From Berkelbacteria bacterium GW2011_GWE1_39_12 (GTDB lineage Bacteria; Patescibacteriota; UBA1384; UBA12157): a stretch of 64,000 bases of DNA. The position numbers and the translations under genes are program-made. Position 1 is the stretch's first letter, and the number at the start of each line of letters is the position of its first letter. The stretch covers positions 460,613 to 524,612 of the forward strand of contig CP011213.1 of assembly GCA_001029735.1 (NCBI GenBank), in the 5' to 3' direction. Below the pieces are notes generated by a model, which was not told where the DNA came from, did not search any database, and saw nothing but the letters and a program-made list of their open reading frames with translations. This document shows positions 38,606 through 48,883 of the stretch, in pieces.

Positions 38606-39898
38606 ATGAGAGAAATTCTACGCAATATGTGGCGAAGAAAGTTTCGCACGTTTTTAACTATTTTTGGCATTGTAATCGGAATGTTCGCATTCACGGTCAT
38701 GGGCTCGATGGCTTTAAAATTTAATAAAATGATTGAGGGTGGCAAAAAATACATTACGGGCCAAATTACAATTATGCCAAAAGGGACTAGCTTTACTGGC
38801 GGAGGCAGTAATTCGATGTTACCGATAGACACTTTAACTGAAATTTCCAAGGTTGAAGGCGTTCAAGCTGTCGGCGTGGGAGTTGAGTTATCTCTCGAGG
38901 AGCCGAATCCCGATGATCCGATGGGGGCAAGTATGTCTTTTGGGACACCGCCAACGATTGAGGGTATGGATTTAAACTCAAATTACGAAAATAGGAATTG
39001 GAAAACAATGGATATGAAAGAGGGGAAAATGATCGCTAAAGGAGATAGTGATGATAAAATCACCGTGGGCTACACGATTGCACTGGACAAAAATTTAAAA
39101 ACTGGCGACAAATTCAAAATTCGTGGGCGCGAATTTGAAGTGGCAGGGGTATTGGATAAGACTATGACAGGACCAGACTCATATGTTTTTATGCCGATTA
39201 CGCCGGCGCGAGAACTGCTGATTGCGTCTAATCCGTTTTTGAAATCGCTAAAAGAGCAGTCGGATAATGCTGCAAAAATCTCAGATGCTGCGTTGGCGGC
39301 AATGCCAACGGCCACACGCGAACAAATAATCAGTGCCAAATCATTTAAAGTCGACGATGTGACGACGATGGCCGGTGTTTCTTGGAAAGATGGCGCAGAT
39401 TCGGAAGTTGTCTCGAATCGGATTAAAGAACAATTTAAGGATCAGGTCTTAGTTTTATCTCCTGTTAAAATGGGTGAACAAATTGACAAGGCATCAGTTA
39501 TGTTTAATGCAATAATCTTAGGCATGGCATTACTAGCATTGATCGTAGGTAGCTTTTCAATTATTAACACGATGGTGATGAGTATTTCTGAGCGCACTAA
39601 AGAGATTGGGATTAAAAAAGCTTTAGGTGCTTCTGGTTGGTCAATCGCTCGAGAATATACATTAGAAGCTGGAATCATCGGCTTACTTGGTGGCGCTATT
39701 GGCATGGGTCTAGGCGTTTTAACTGCGGTTCTACTCAATCACAAATTAGCGGAAAAGGGAGCGGAAATCTTTTTAATACAAAACAACTTTCTTGCCGGCG
39801 TGATTATTTTCTCCTTTGCTATTGGTATTTTCGCGGGAATTATTCCAGCAATGCGGGCGGCAAAGATGAAAGTTGTAGAAGCGATAAGGGAGCTATAG
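38606..39898 (+). CDS. ABC transporter permease (MacB/FtsX family)
   Basis: RT.LT..GI.IG, periplasmic domain and ERTKEIG..KALGA. Confidence 0.92.
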   Translation: MREILRNMWRRKFRTFLTIFGIVIGMFAFTVMGSMALKFNKMIEGGKKYITGQITIMPKGTSFTGGGSNSMLPIDTLTEISKVEGVQAVGVGVELSLEEPNPDDPMGASMSFGTPPTIEGMDLNSNYENRNWKTMDMKEGKMIAKGDSDDKITVGYTIALDKNLKTGDKFKIRGREFEVAGVLDKTMTGPDSYVFMPITPARELLIASNPFLKSLKEQSDNAAKISDAALAAMPTATREQIISAKSFKVDDVTTMAGVSWKDGADSEVVSNRIKEQFKDQVLVLSPVKMGEQIDKASVMFNAIILGMALLALIVGSFSIINTMVMSISERTKEIGIKKALGASGWSIAREYTLEAGIIGLLGGAIGMGLGVLTAVLLNHKLAEKGAEIFLIQNNFLAGVIIFSFAIGIFAGIIPAMRAAKMKVVEAIREL

Positions 39899-39930
39899 CC
39901 GGAATTTTCTAGAAAGAAAATATAAAAAAT

Positions 39931-40608
39931 ATGAAAAATATAATAATTGGTAAAAATTTAAAAAAATGTTATAAGATGAGTAAAACCAATACGGTTAATG
40001 CTCTTAATGGTGTCGATGTTGAAATCCAAGAGGGGGATTTTACTGCTATTGTCGGTCCGTCTGGTTGTGGTAAATCGACTTTGCTGCATATTTTAGGCTT
40101 ACTGGATCGTCCTGATTCTGGTGAACTTTCTATCGACGAGATTGATGTTTCAAAGATGAAGGAGCGACAAGCCTATAAACTTCGGGCTAAAAAAATTGGT
40201 TTTGTCTTTCAGGGTTTCAATCTCATTCCCACTTTGACCGCATTGGAAAATATTATGCTCGCCGGCCAATATGGCGGTTTAAAGCCAAAAGCCCGTAAAG
40301 AAAAAGCGTTGGCGTTACTGGAAAAAATGGGATTGAAAGACCGAGCTAATCATAAACCAAATGAACTTTCTGGTGGTCAACAACAACGCATTGCGTTAGC
40401 GAGAGCGCTAGTCAATGATCCGTCTTTAATTTTAGCCGATGAGCCGACAGGAGAGTTAGACAGCAAAACATCCTTGGAAATTATCGAAATGCTAAAAAAA
40501 TTGAATAAAGAGGAAAACAGAACATTTATAATTGTGACACATAACAATGAAGTAGCTGAAGCTTGCAAAAAGACAATTAGACTCAGAGACGGCAAAAACG
40601 ATAATTAA
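39931..40608 (+). CDS. ABC transporter ATP-binding protein (LolD/MacB type)
   Basis: GPSGCGKS, LSGGQQQR, ADEPTG and VTH motifs. Confidence 0.95.
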   Translation: MKNIIIGKNLKKCYKMSKTNTVNALNGVDVEIQEGDFTAIVGPSGCGKSTLLHILGLLDRPDSGELSIDEIDVSKMKERQAYKLRAKKIGFVFQGFNLIPTLTALENIMLAGQYGGLKPKARKEKALALLEKMGLKDRANHKPNELSGGQQQRIALARALVNDPSLILADEPTGELDSKTSLEIIEMLKKLNKEENRTFIIVTHNNEVAEACKKTIRLRDGKNDN

Positions 40609-40621
40609 AATTTGGAGAGCA

Positions 40622-40710
40622 AATAGCCAAGCTACCACTTGTCGCGGAAATTTAAGGATTAAATTATAATTGGCAAAAGCCAATTTCGGAAATTTAAGGA
40701 TTAAATTATG
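40622..40710 (+). repeat. Two tandem twin-hairpin elements ending at an ATG
   Basis: gccaag..cttgtc GCGGA aattt…aaatt ATA attggc-aaaa-gccaat TTCGGA aattt…aaatt ATG. Confidence 0.75.
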
Positions 40711-41127
40711 AAAAAAAGAGTTGAGACAAAATTTGGCTACGTTGTAGTAATTATTGTTAATATTATTCTTTTTTATATTTTTAACCATTTGCTCTTGTGG
40801 CATATACCTTTTTTACTCCAAAGCTGGAACGCCCCGCTTGGAATCATAAATATTCAAATTTTAGGGACTATTACTGCGACCTTAATTTATTTGATCTTTG
40901 ACCCCTCTTGGTTTAAAGCGCTTACAAAAACAATCTTAAACATTGTCAGTTTTCTTTTCATGCTGACTATTTATTATGTATTTCCGTTTAACTTTTCAGT
41001 TTATTCACACCTTCCTTGGTTGGAAAACACGGTTAAAATATTAATTATAATAAGTTTAGCGCTTACAACGGTTGGGATTTTGGTCGAGTTTATCAAAATT
41101 TTTGTTAAAGAAAAGAAGGATAAATGA
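40708..41127 (+). CDS. Hypothetical 4-TM membrane protein
   Basis: Hydrophobic helices; VFPF.F motif. Confidence 0.7.
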   Translation: MKKRVETKFGYVVVIIVNIILFYIFNHLLLWHIPFLLQSWNAPLGIINIQILGTITATLIYLIFDPSWFKALTKTILNIVSFLFMLTIYYVFPFNFSVYSHLPWLENTVKILIIISLALTTVGILVEFIKIFVKEKKDK

Positions 41128-41594
41128 AAACATTGGTTGTTTACTATTCACGTTCTGGTCACAATGAAAGTTTGGCGAGAAATATCGCCAAGAAGCTGAA
41201 TAATTCAGAGATTGAAGAAATCGTTGATCTCAAAAATCGTGAAGGCGGTTGGGGAATCTTCATTTCTATTTTGGGCCAATTCAGTAAAAAGTTAACTCAG
41301 ATACAGACTCAGATAAATAATCCGAAAGATTTTGATTTAGTGGTAATAGTTTCGCCGCTCTGGGCGGGGATTCTGCCTTCTCCGACGAGAACATATATCG
41401 CCAAAAATAATGAAAACTTGAAAAAGTATGCCTTTATTTCTGTTTCTGGCTCAGGTAAAGATAATTCGAAAGCGATCGAGGATATAGAGAAAACTGTCCA
41501 TCAATCTCCATCTGCCTCTTTGTTATTAAGCGAATCCGATTATAAAGGCGATGCTTCCTTGCAGATTGAAGAATTTTTGAATAACTTAGCTTAA
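41124..41594 (+). CDS. Flavodoxin-like protein
   Basis: LVVYYSRSGH…A..IA and D…..PLW motifs. Confidence 0.85.
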   Translation: MKTLVVYYSRSGHNESLARNIAKKLNNSEIEEIVDLKNREGGWGIFISILGQFSKKLTQIQTQINNPKDFDLVVIVSPLWAGILPSPTRTYIAKNNENLKKYAFISVSGSGKDNSKAIEDIEKTVHQSPSASLLLSESDYKGDASLQIEEFLNNLA

Positions 41595-41650
41595 GAAATA
41601 GATTTTTAAAAATGAGGCTTAACCGCCTCTTTTTTAATACTTAGTTACTC

Positions 41651-41707
41651 TGTGGATAACTTTGGCAAAACTGTGGATATGTCTAATTGTGGATAAGATG
41701 AGGATAA
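41651..41707. promoter_or_regulatory. Cluster of co-oriented DnaA boxes
   Basis: TGTGGATAA at 41651 and 41688, TGTGGATAT at 41672, TGAGGATAA at 41699. Confidence 0.6.
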
Positions 41708-41813
41708 GTTTACAATCTATTTTTGTCTATCTAATACCGTATCTATCACTTGTCTATTTAACATTTGCCTTGCTATTTATCTATCGATAAAATAGACTTG
41801 GTGTAAGAGATAA

Positions 41814-42326
41814 ATGGTTGGGGAAATTGTGGCTAAAGTAAAAATTGATCTACAAAATAAATGCTTAGAGATTGAAGGTGAAGAGGCTTTTATCGCTGAT
41901 ATTTTTAGCGAAACCCAGAAGTTGTTCATGAATGATCTTGAGGCTCTAGCTGTGGATAAGTCTAGCATTGTTACTAAGAGACAGCACAAAAACGGAGTAC
42001 TAAAAGAGTCATACACAATTATCAAGAATATAGATTTCAACGAGCCGAAATCATTGAAATCTTTTTATAGCTCGAAAAAACCACAATCTGCCCTTGAGAA
42101 AAATGCAATTTTTATTTATTACTTGGATAAAATCGCATCAATCAAAAATATTAACTTAAATCATATCTATACTTGCTATAAAGAAGTTGGCGAAAAACTA
42201 CCCCAGGCGCTCAAGCAGAGCCTGGCAGACACTTCAAGTAAGAAAGGTTGGATTGACACTAAATCTATGTCAGATATCAAAATAACGATTAAAGGCGAAA
42301 GTTTAGTGGAGCATGAACTAGTCTAA
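41814..42326 (+). CDS. Hypothetical protein with a possible winged-helix C-terminus
   Basis: 170-aa ORF upstream of dnaG; YYL…I.TCY…P…L….KGW…IT.KG pattern. Confidence 0.6.
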   Translation: MVGEIVAKVKIDLQNKCLEIEGEEAFIADIFSETQKLFMNDLEALAVDKSSIVTKRQHKNGVLKESYTIIKNIDFNEPKSLKSFYSSKKPQSALEKNAIFIYYLDKIASIKNINLNHIYTCYKEVGEKLPQALKQSLADTSSKKGWIDTKSMSDIKITIKGESLVEHELV

Positions 42327-42354
42327 AAATGATATAGTTAAGTCAGGAGAACAT

Positions 42355-44073
42355 TTGGACGAAATTGAGCAAATTAAACAGCGAATTGATATTGTCGAAC
42401 TTATTTCAAGTTATTTGACAGTCAAAAAAGCAGGTACGAGCTATCGTAGCTTATGTCCTTTTCATAATGAAAAAACCCCATCAATGATGATCTCGCCAGA
42501 ACGACAAACTTTCAAGTGTTTTGGCTGTAACGAAGGCGGCGATATTTTTGAGTTTGTGATGAAAATGGAAAATTTAAGTTTTCGTGAAGCACTGGAAATG
42601 TTAGCTCAACGAGCCGGTGTGAAGCTCGAGCGCTATAAGCCAAAGAATTCCGAACAGGAAGCGAACAACTCAAATAAAAAAACGCGGCTTTTTCAAATTA
42701 ACGCTTTGTCGGCACAGGTCTTTCACAAAATTTTAATGACCCACTCATCAGCCGAACAAGCCAGAGCTTATTTAAAAAAGCGAAAATTAACCGAACAAAC
42801 ACAAAAAGATTTTTTGATTGGTTATGCACCTTCGTCTCGAGCTTTAAAATCTTTTTTGTTAAAAAGAGGCTTCACGGAAGCTGAAATTCAAGAAGCGGGA
42901 AGTCCGGATCGATTTTATAAAAGAATTATGTTTCCAATTACCGATGTGATGGGTAATGTTCTAGGCTTTACTGGTCGGGTCTTGGAAGCCGATATCCAGC
43001 CAAAATACCTGAATACTCCGGAAACAGTCATTTTTCATAAGGGTCGAATTCTATACAACTTGGTTCGTGCTCGCGGCGAAATCAAAATGAAGAAAGAAAC
43101 TGTTGTGGTTGAAGGCCAGATGGATGTGATTTCGTCTTATCAAGCCGGAGTTCAGAATGTGGTGGCAACTTCCGGTACTGCCCTAACTGAAGATCACCTA
43201 CAAATTCTTTACCGTTATACGCCAAATATTTCTTTTGCTTTTGACGCTGATAGCGCAGGTTTATCGACGGCCAAAAAGGCCTATGAAATGGCCATCGTTC
43301 AAGGTTTTAATGTTAAAATGGTGGAAATAAAGGATTTTAAGGATCCTGGAGAAATGATCGAAAAGGATCCTGACCTTTGGATACAAACTGTTGAAAAGGC
43401 TAAGCCAGTCATAAATTGGTTTTTTGACTTAGCTTTTTCTAAAAAAGACGAACTCACTTCGGTCGACAAAAAAGAAATAGCTAAAGAACTGCTACCAATT
43501 ATTAAAAAGATTCCTGATTCGATAGAGCAGGCTCATTTTGTAGAAATTTTAGCAAAAAAATTAATGCTGCCAGACAAAATCATATTCGAAGCTTTGAACC
43601 GAGTTGCCGGTAAAACTGAAAAAACCTCCAAAAAACCCCAAGAAAGCGAATATTATAAGACAACAATGGAAGAAGTTTTGATTGGCATTTTGGCTTCGAA
43701 AAAAGAAATTTTGGAAGAAATATTGCCAATTGTGTCGATTGATGATTTTGATAATATTTGGTGTAAAACAGTTTACAGTACCCTTTTAAACTGGTATAAT
43801 AATAGTAGAAAAACTGACGATTTAGGAAAATTTCTAACTTCGCATCTCAAACCTCAAGAATATAAAAAGCTTGAGTTGATTTTGATGGAAGTAGAAAAAG
43901 ACTATGCTGAAGAGTCTCTGCCGGCAGCGAAAGATATCGCTTCAAGAATTAAAGAAAACCGGCGTGAAAAATTAAAAGATAAATTTGCTAAAGAAATTGG
44001 TCAAGCCGAAGAAAAAGGCGATAAAGAGAAATTAAAAGAACTAATCAAGGAGTTTCAAGATGCCATCAAATAA
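42355..44073 (+). CDS. dnaG: DNA primase
   Basis: [10 protein letters not shown]…CFGC zinc finger, [14 protein letters not shown] and FDADSAG TOPRIM motifs. Confidence 0.97.
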   Translation: MDEIEQIKQRIDIVELISSYLTVKKAGTSYRSLCPFHNEKTPSMMISPERQTFKCFGCNEGGDIFEFVMKMENLSFREALEMLAQRAGVKLERYKPKNSEQEANNSNKKTRLFQINALSAQVFHKILMTHSSAEQARAYLKKRKLTEQTQKDFLIGYAPSSRALKSFLLKRGFTEAEIQEAGSPDRFYKRIMFPITDVMGNVLGFTGRVLEADIQPKYLNTPETVIFHKGRILYNLVRARGEIKMKKETVVVEGQMDVISSYQAGVQNVVATSGTALTEDHLQILYRYTPNISFAFDADSAGLSTAKKAYEMAIVQGFNVKMVEIKDFKDPGEMIEKDPDLWIQTVEKAKPVINWFFDLAFSKKDELTSVDKKEIAKELLPIIKKIPDSIEQAHFVEILAKKLMLPDKIIFEALNRVAGKTEKTSKKPQESEYYKTTMEEVLIGILASKKEILEEILPIVSIDDFDNIWCKTVYSTLLNWYNNSRKTDDLGKFLTSHLKPQEYKKLELILMEVEKDYAEESLPAAKDIASRIKENRREKLKDKFAKEIGQAEEKGDKEKLKELIKEFQDAIK

Positions 44074-45259
44074 AAAAAATGATATTGACGTTGCTAGAGC
44101 TAGTCGTGATCGTAATAAAATCGCTCATGATGAAAAAGTTGAACTAAAAGCAGCTAAGAAAAAAGGTAGAATTAAGAAAAAAGAGGAAGTCAAAGTTAAC
44201 TTTCCTGAAGGCATTCAAAACTTGATTGCCAAGGGTCATGAACATGGCTTCGTCACCTTTCAAGAAATAATGCAGGCTTTTAACGAACCAGAAAAAAATC
44301 TGGCTTTGCTTGACGCTCTCTATGAAGAATTTTTAGAACAGGGTATAGATGTCACCCAAGGTAAAAAATTACTTGATGTTCCGGGTGAAGAGGGCGCTGC
44401 AGCAAAAGCCGTTTCCGAACTTAAAGATATTTCTGACGATTCGGTTCGTATGTATTTGCGTGAAATCGGCCGGATTCCATTACTTACTACGGAAGAAGAA
44501 ATTAAGCTCGCCAAAAGAATTGAGGCCGGTGATGAAAACGCTAAACGAAAATTAGCTGAAGCCAACCTTCGTCTAGTCGTTTCAATTGCTAAAAAATATA
44601 TTGGTCGGGGATTAACCTTGTTGGATTTAATCCAAGAAGGAAATACTGGCTTGCTTCGTGCTGTGGAAAAATTCGATTACCATAAAGGATATAAATTTTC
44701 GACGTATGCGACTTGGTGGATTCGTCAGGCTATTACTCGCGCTATTGCTGACCAGGCCAGAACCATTCGTATCCCAGTTCACATGGTTGAAACAATTAAT
44801 AAATTGATTCGTGTTCAACGTCAATTGGTCCAAGACCTTGGTCGTGAACCATTACCTGAAGAAATTGCTTCTGAAATGGGTATTCCGGTTGATAAAGTTG
44901 AGCATATCATTAAAATCTCTCAAGAAACTGTTTCACTGGAAGCACCTGTTGGCGAAGAAGAAGATTCGAAGTTGGGTGATTTCATTGAAGATAAAATTTC
45001 TTTATCTCCTGAAGAGAATGCCATTTATCAATTGATGAAAGGCCATGTTGGCGAATCATTGAACTTTCTTGCCCCAAGAGAACAAAAAATTCTTAAAATG
45101 CGTTTCGGTTTAGATGAAACCGGTCGCACTCATACACTCGAAGAAGTTGGCAAGGAATTTGGTGTGACGCGTGAACGTATCAGACAGATCGAAGCCAAGG
45201 CTTTGCAGAAAATGAAAAAGCACGAGCAGTCTCAAAAGCTTAAAGATTATTTAAAATAA
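44060..45259 (+). CDS. rpoD: Primary sigma factor
   Basis: [34 protein letters not shown] and TRERIRQIE motifs. Confidence 0.98.
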   Translation: MPSNKKNDIDVARASRDRNKIAHDEKVELKAAKKKGRIKKKEEVKVNFPEGIQNLIAKGHEHGFVTFQEIMQAFNEPEKNLALLDALYEEFLEQGIDVTQGKKLLDVPGEEGAAAKAVSELKDISDDSVRMYLREIGRIPLLTTEEEIKLAKRIEAGDENAKRKLAEANLRLVVSIAKKYIGRGLTLLDLIQEGNTGLLRAVEKFDYHKGYKFSTYATWWIRQAITRAIADQARTIRIPVHMVETINKLIRVQRQLVQDLGREPLPEEIASEMGIPVDKVEHIIKISQETVSLEAPVGEEEDSKLGDFIEDKISLSPEENAIYQLMKGHVGESLNFLAPREQKILKMRFGLDETGRTHTLEEVGKEFGVTRERIRQIEAKALQKMKKHEQSQKLKDYLK

Positions 45260-45577
45260 GTACCTAACTTTTATGTCCGAATATAATTTTTCGATTTTTT
45301 TGGCGACAGTAAAATCTCTTTCTGTCACTTTACTGCCAATACTGAAGCGAGAAAGTTCAAATGTGATTTTTTTGTACTTGATAATTATATCGGGGTGATG
45401 ATCAATTTCATTACAGAAAGGCGCCAAGCTGTTAACTAATTCAAGCCCATCACTGAAAGACTTAAACTCAAATGTTTTAGTGATTTTATTGCCAGAGTAT
45501 TTCCAGCCAGGAAGATTTATTAAGCGTTCATAAATTTCCGCTTGTGATAATGGTTGTAGATCGAGATCGTTTTCCAT
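45251..45577 (-). CDS. Pterin-4-alpha-carbinolamine dehydratase family protein
   Basis: LPGW, K.F.F..F, HHPD and T..D...A..I motifs. Confidence 0.88.
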   Translation of the reverse strand: MENDLDLQPLSQAEIYERLINLPGWKYSGNKITKTFEFKSFSDGLELVNSLAPFCNEIDHHPDIIIKYKKITFELSRFSIGSKVTERDFTVAKKIEKLYSDIKVRYLF

Positions 45578-45661
45578 TTTTTCCTTTCAACTGATTAATT
45601 ACTACCTTATAATATGCTTGTCTAGAGATTAAGGGTTTGTGAAAACGAATAAAAAATAATA

Positions 45662-45690
45662 TTTACAAGAGTAAGGAAAAATGTTAAAAT
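45662..45690 (+). promoter_or_regulatory. Sigma70 promoter of the tRNA-Asn gene
   Basis: TTTACA-17 nt-TAAAAT with an extended TG. Confidence 0.6.
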
Positions 45691-45757
45691 AGCTGTGTAG
45701 GTAATATGCGACTTACAACATATTCCCCGGTAGCTCAGCGGTAGAGCAAATCCCTGT

Positions 45758-46325
45758 ACCCTAAAAATCCTCCGTCATTGTGCCATACTAGCGTATAATA
45801 ATTATATGGATAAGAGAACATATAAAGATCGTGCACAATATAACATTCAAGCAGTCGCGAAGCGAAGAAGAAAGATCAAAGCGATGGCAATTGAATACAA
45901 AGGCGGAAAGTGTAGTATCTGTGGTTATAATAAATATGCCGGCGCTTTAGATTTTCACCATATAGACGAATCAACCAAAAAGTTTGATTTATCTACCAAG
46001 GGTCTTACTAGATCATGGGAAAGGACTAAAACCGAGATAGATAAGTGCATATTGGTTTGTGCCAATTGCCACAGAGAAATACACGCTGGATTAGTGCAGC
46101 TTCCCGTGGAAACACGGGTTGAAAAATAAGGTTAATTGCCCCACAAGGGGTCCCGCGTAGCTTTACGCGAAGTGGGATCGGGAAGCCCTGAGTTTTGTTC
46201 AGGGTAATCCGCAGCCAAGCTTCGATGAAAGTCGTTGAAGGTTCAGAGACTATACGCCTTAGGCCGAAACGTAAAGCCGTCGGTTATGAGATAGTCCACC
46301 CTCTTAAGTAATTAGGAGACACGTG
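45758..46325 (+). mobile_element. Group I intron (568 nt) at tRNA position 35/36
   Basis: 5' exon ends in U and intron ends in G; IGS GTGCAG 46094-46099; P2 cccgtg-GAAA-cacggg; Q AATCCGCAGC 46206; R GTTCAGAGACTA 46241; S ATGAGATAGTCC 46286; P9 with GTAA loop. Confidence 0.9.
45806..46129 (+). CDS. Intron-encoded HNH endonuclease (putative homing endonuclease)
   Basis: GGKCSICGY…LDFHH…KC.LVCANCHREIH; lies in the P1 loop; TATAAT a few nt before the ATG. Confidence 0.85.
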   Translation: MDKRTYKDRAQYNIQAVAKRRRKIKAMAIEYKGGKCSICGYNKYAGALDFHHIDESTKKFDLSTKGLTRSWERTKTEIDKCILVCANCHREIHAGLVQLPVETRVEK

Positions 46326-46574
46326 TAAGGATAAGGTCGTCCGTTCGAATCGGACCCGGGGAGCCACTAAAAATGATCATCGTCAGATGGTCTTTTTTAG
46401 TGGCCGATGCATCGGAGCCAAGTTATAATTTGCTTTGCAAATTTCCGAATTTACGAAGTAAATATAAAATAGACGCAAACGGTTGCCGTCTTTTTTGTTT
46501 TTAAACTTTCATTGTTTTTTCTTGGTGTAACTGATAAATTAGAGTAAAGAGCGCAAAAACTTTTAAGGAGACTG

Positions 46575-47573
46575 ATGTCCAAATTTATTCCAGGATTAGA
46601 GCTAAGCGAACGTTTCTTTTTTGAAGCAGTAAAACCAATTCTTGACAAAGAACTACCTAACCTAAAATATTCAGCTGGTCTCATCGGCTATGGCTCAGAA
46701 GTATTAGGTTTTGATACTGAAGAATCAACAGATCACCATTGGGGACCGCGATTCTTGATGTTTTTGGAAGAAGAAAATTTTGATGCCCAGAAAGTTGAAA
46801 TCGACAAAATCCTAAGCGAAAAATTGCCACATAATTTTCTGGGATTCAGTACTAATTATACCGAAGGCGATAAAATAGGAGTTCGTCATCCTGAGCCAAT
46901 AACGAGTGGTCCAATTAGGCACTTTGTGGAATTTTACACGATAAAATCCTATTTAGAAAAACGCTTAAATATAAGTTCAGTAGAATCTCTTACGAACGTC
47001 GATTGGATAAAATTTCCCGAACAAAGATTACTAGAGACTATTTCCGGTAAAGTATTTATTGACGGTCTTGGCAAATTAGAAGAAATGAGAGAGGCACTTC
47101 ATTACTACCCGAAGGATGTATGGCTATATCGATTAGCAAGCGAGTGGCAAAAGATCAGTGACATTGAAGCTTTTGTCGGACGGTGCGGAGATGTGGATGA
47201 CGATCTTGGTTCTCGTCTTGTTGCGAGTGATATTATTAAATCTATTATGAATCTCTGTTTTCTAATGGAGAGAAGCTATATCCCTTATTCGAAATGGTTT
47301 GGTAGTGGTTTCAAAAGATTAAAAAGTTCAGAAGTTTTGCTGCCAGTTCTTATGAATATAATGACTTCTCCAGACTGGAAAGAGCGGGAATCGAATTTAT
47401 CGCAAGCTTACAAAATAATCGCTCATATGCATAACAATCTTAATATTACGGAAAAAATGTCCGAAGAAGTCGAATCTTACTACGGTCGACCATATTTGGT
47501 AATTCGAGCTGATAAATTTGCGGAAAAGATAATGGATCAAATACCGGAAGGCAGCAGAGAGGAAATGAAATGA
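46575..47573 (+). CDS. DUF4037-domain protein
   Basis: GL.G.GSEVLGFD…S.DH.WGPR, G.VF.D and PYSKW motifs. Confidence 0.85.
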   Translation: MSKFIPGLELSERFFFEAVKPILDKELPNLKYSAGLIGYGSEVLGFDTEESTDHHWGPRFLMFLEEENFDAQKVEIDKILSEKLPHNFLGFSTNYTEGDKIGVRHPEPITSGPIRHFVEFYTIKSYLEKRLNISSVESLTNVDWIKFPEQRLLETISGKVFIDGLGKLEEMREALHYYPKDVWLYRLASEWQKISDIEAFVGRCGDVDDDLGSRLVASDIIKSIMNLCFLMERSYIPYSKWFGSGFKRLKSSEVLLPVLMNIMTSPDWKERESNLSQAYKIIAHMHNNLNITEKMSEEVESYYGRPYLVIRADKFAEKIMDQIPEGSREEMK

Positions 47574-48019
47574 AAAAACCAATAAATAATAATTTAGTCA
47601 TACAACTACATATCCCTGATTTTGATGTTGCGAAAGATTTTTATTCAAAACTTGGCTTTGAGGTGGCAATGGATGATAAACCGAATGATAAATTGCCTGG
47701 TTATTTTACTATGATTCGCAAAGATGATTTAGGTCAAACTTTACTTAATTTTTATGGCGGTGACGAGAGAGTATACGATCAAGCCTTTTTTAAACAATTT
47801 CCAAAAGAAACAAAAAGAGGATACGAAGTATCAATAACGATTGCAACGAACAGTATCGACAAGCTATATCAATCAGTTCAAGCTAATCTAAAAGAATCGA
47901 TTGTAAGAGAATTAAAAGAAATTGAAGATCACGGAAATGTTTGGAAAGATTTCCGAATGGTTGATCCCTTTGGGTTTTATTTGAGATTTACAGAACTTAT
48001 CGATTGGGGGCAAGTGTGA
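47570..48019 (+). CDS. VOC/glyoxalase family protein
   Basis: DF..AKDFY..LGF and F...DPFG..L.F motifs. Confidence 0.85.
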   Translation: MKKPINNNLVIQLHIPDFDVAKDFYSKLGFEVAMDDKPNDKLPGYFTMIRKDDLGQTLLNFYGGDERVYDQAFFKQFPKETKRGYEVSITIATNSIDKLYQSVQANLKESIVRELKEIEDHGNVWKDFRMVDPFGFYLRFTELIDWGQV

Positions 48020-48034
48020 AAGGAGAGGACAAAT

Positions 48035-48514
48035 ATGTCTATTATAATTAGACAAGGAAAACCAGAAGATATTAGTCAAACTAAAAACCATTTGATTGAG
48101 CTTTGGGTTGAACATTCTAAACATGAACCAGATTTATTGGATGAAGAAAAAATGAGAAATACAGATGCAGAAAGCCATTACAATAAATGCCTTGAAAATC
48201 CTGATAAAAATTTTGTTTTTGTCGCAGAAGACAGCGGCAAAATTGTTGGGTTTTTGGCATCTTATATTGACGAGATTCCTGCTTTTTTTGAACACCCAAC
48301 AATTCTATATCTTGATGAGATTTTCGTCTTGCCTGATTATCGGCGACAAGGTGTTGCTCAATCGCTAATACTGCAAGCAGAAAATATAGCAAAAGAAAAA
48401 GGAATTAAAAGAATACAAGCGAGAGTCTACACGTTTAACACAGGAATGCATAAGTTTTTAGAATCAATGGGATATAGAGCACCTTATGCAACTTGGGATA
48501 AGACATTGGAGTAA
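48035..48514 (+). CDS. GNAT acetyltransferase
   Basis: FVAE..G.IVG, V.PDYRRQGVA and N…F.E..GY motifs. Confidence 0.9.
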   Translation: MSIIIRQGKPEDISQTKNHLIELWVEHSKHEPDLLDEEKMRNTDAESHYNKCLENPDKNFVFVAEDSGKIVGFLASYIDEIPAFFEHPTILYLDEIFVLPDYRRQGVAQSLILQAENIAKEKGIKRIQARVYTFNTGMHKFLESMGYRAPYATWDKTLE

Positions 48515-48883
48515 TCAGAGAGATAATATCATTTAGTTACAAACATTTAGTATGGCCAATTTTATTTTAACCTGACCCCAGTATTCTAATCATTCAATAA
48601 TGTTATAATTTTCTTTGTTAAGAAAATTTCGGGATTTTTCTGAGAGAAAAATATAAGCGGAGCTTGCAACTCGCCGTCGCTCGTTATAATATTTTGACTA
48701 ACATGGAGCCACTAAAAAGTAGCCAATACGTTGGTCTTTTTTAGTGGTGGATGCACGCGGAGCCAAGTTATAATTTGCTTACAAATTTCCGAATTTACGA
48801 AGTAAATATAAAAAAGCGGTTGATGGCAGCCGTTTTTTTTGTTTTTATATTTTCTAACTGATAAAATAGATTCAGGAGTTTAT

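Larger units (their letters stand above)
45724..46366 (+). tRNA. tRNA-Asn(GUU) interrupted by a group I intron; exons 45724-45757 and 46326-46366
   Basis: Exon 1 TCCCCGGTAGCTCAGCGGTAGAGCAAATCCCTGT and exon 2 TAAGGATAAGGTCGTCCGTTCGAATCGGACCCGGGGAGCCA join into a cloverleaf with loop CT-GTT-AA, U1-A72 and G73. Confidence 0.9.

Noticed and set aside
41640-41800. Calling this region oriC
   Set aside because: No dnaA/dnaN nearby and no switch in gene strand bias; kept only as a DnaA-box cluster.
45724-46366. Alternative splicing after U33 giving tRNA-Thr(UGU), with the intron ending at G46323
   Set aside because: U1-A72, TCC…GGA and G73 are Asn-type, and the IGS GCAG places the U-G splice pair at U35.
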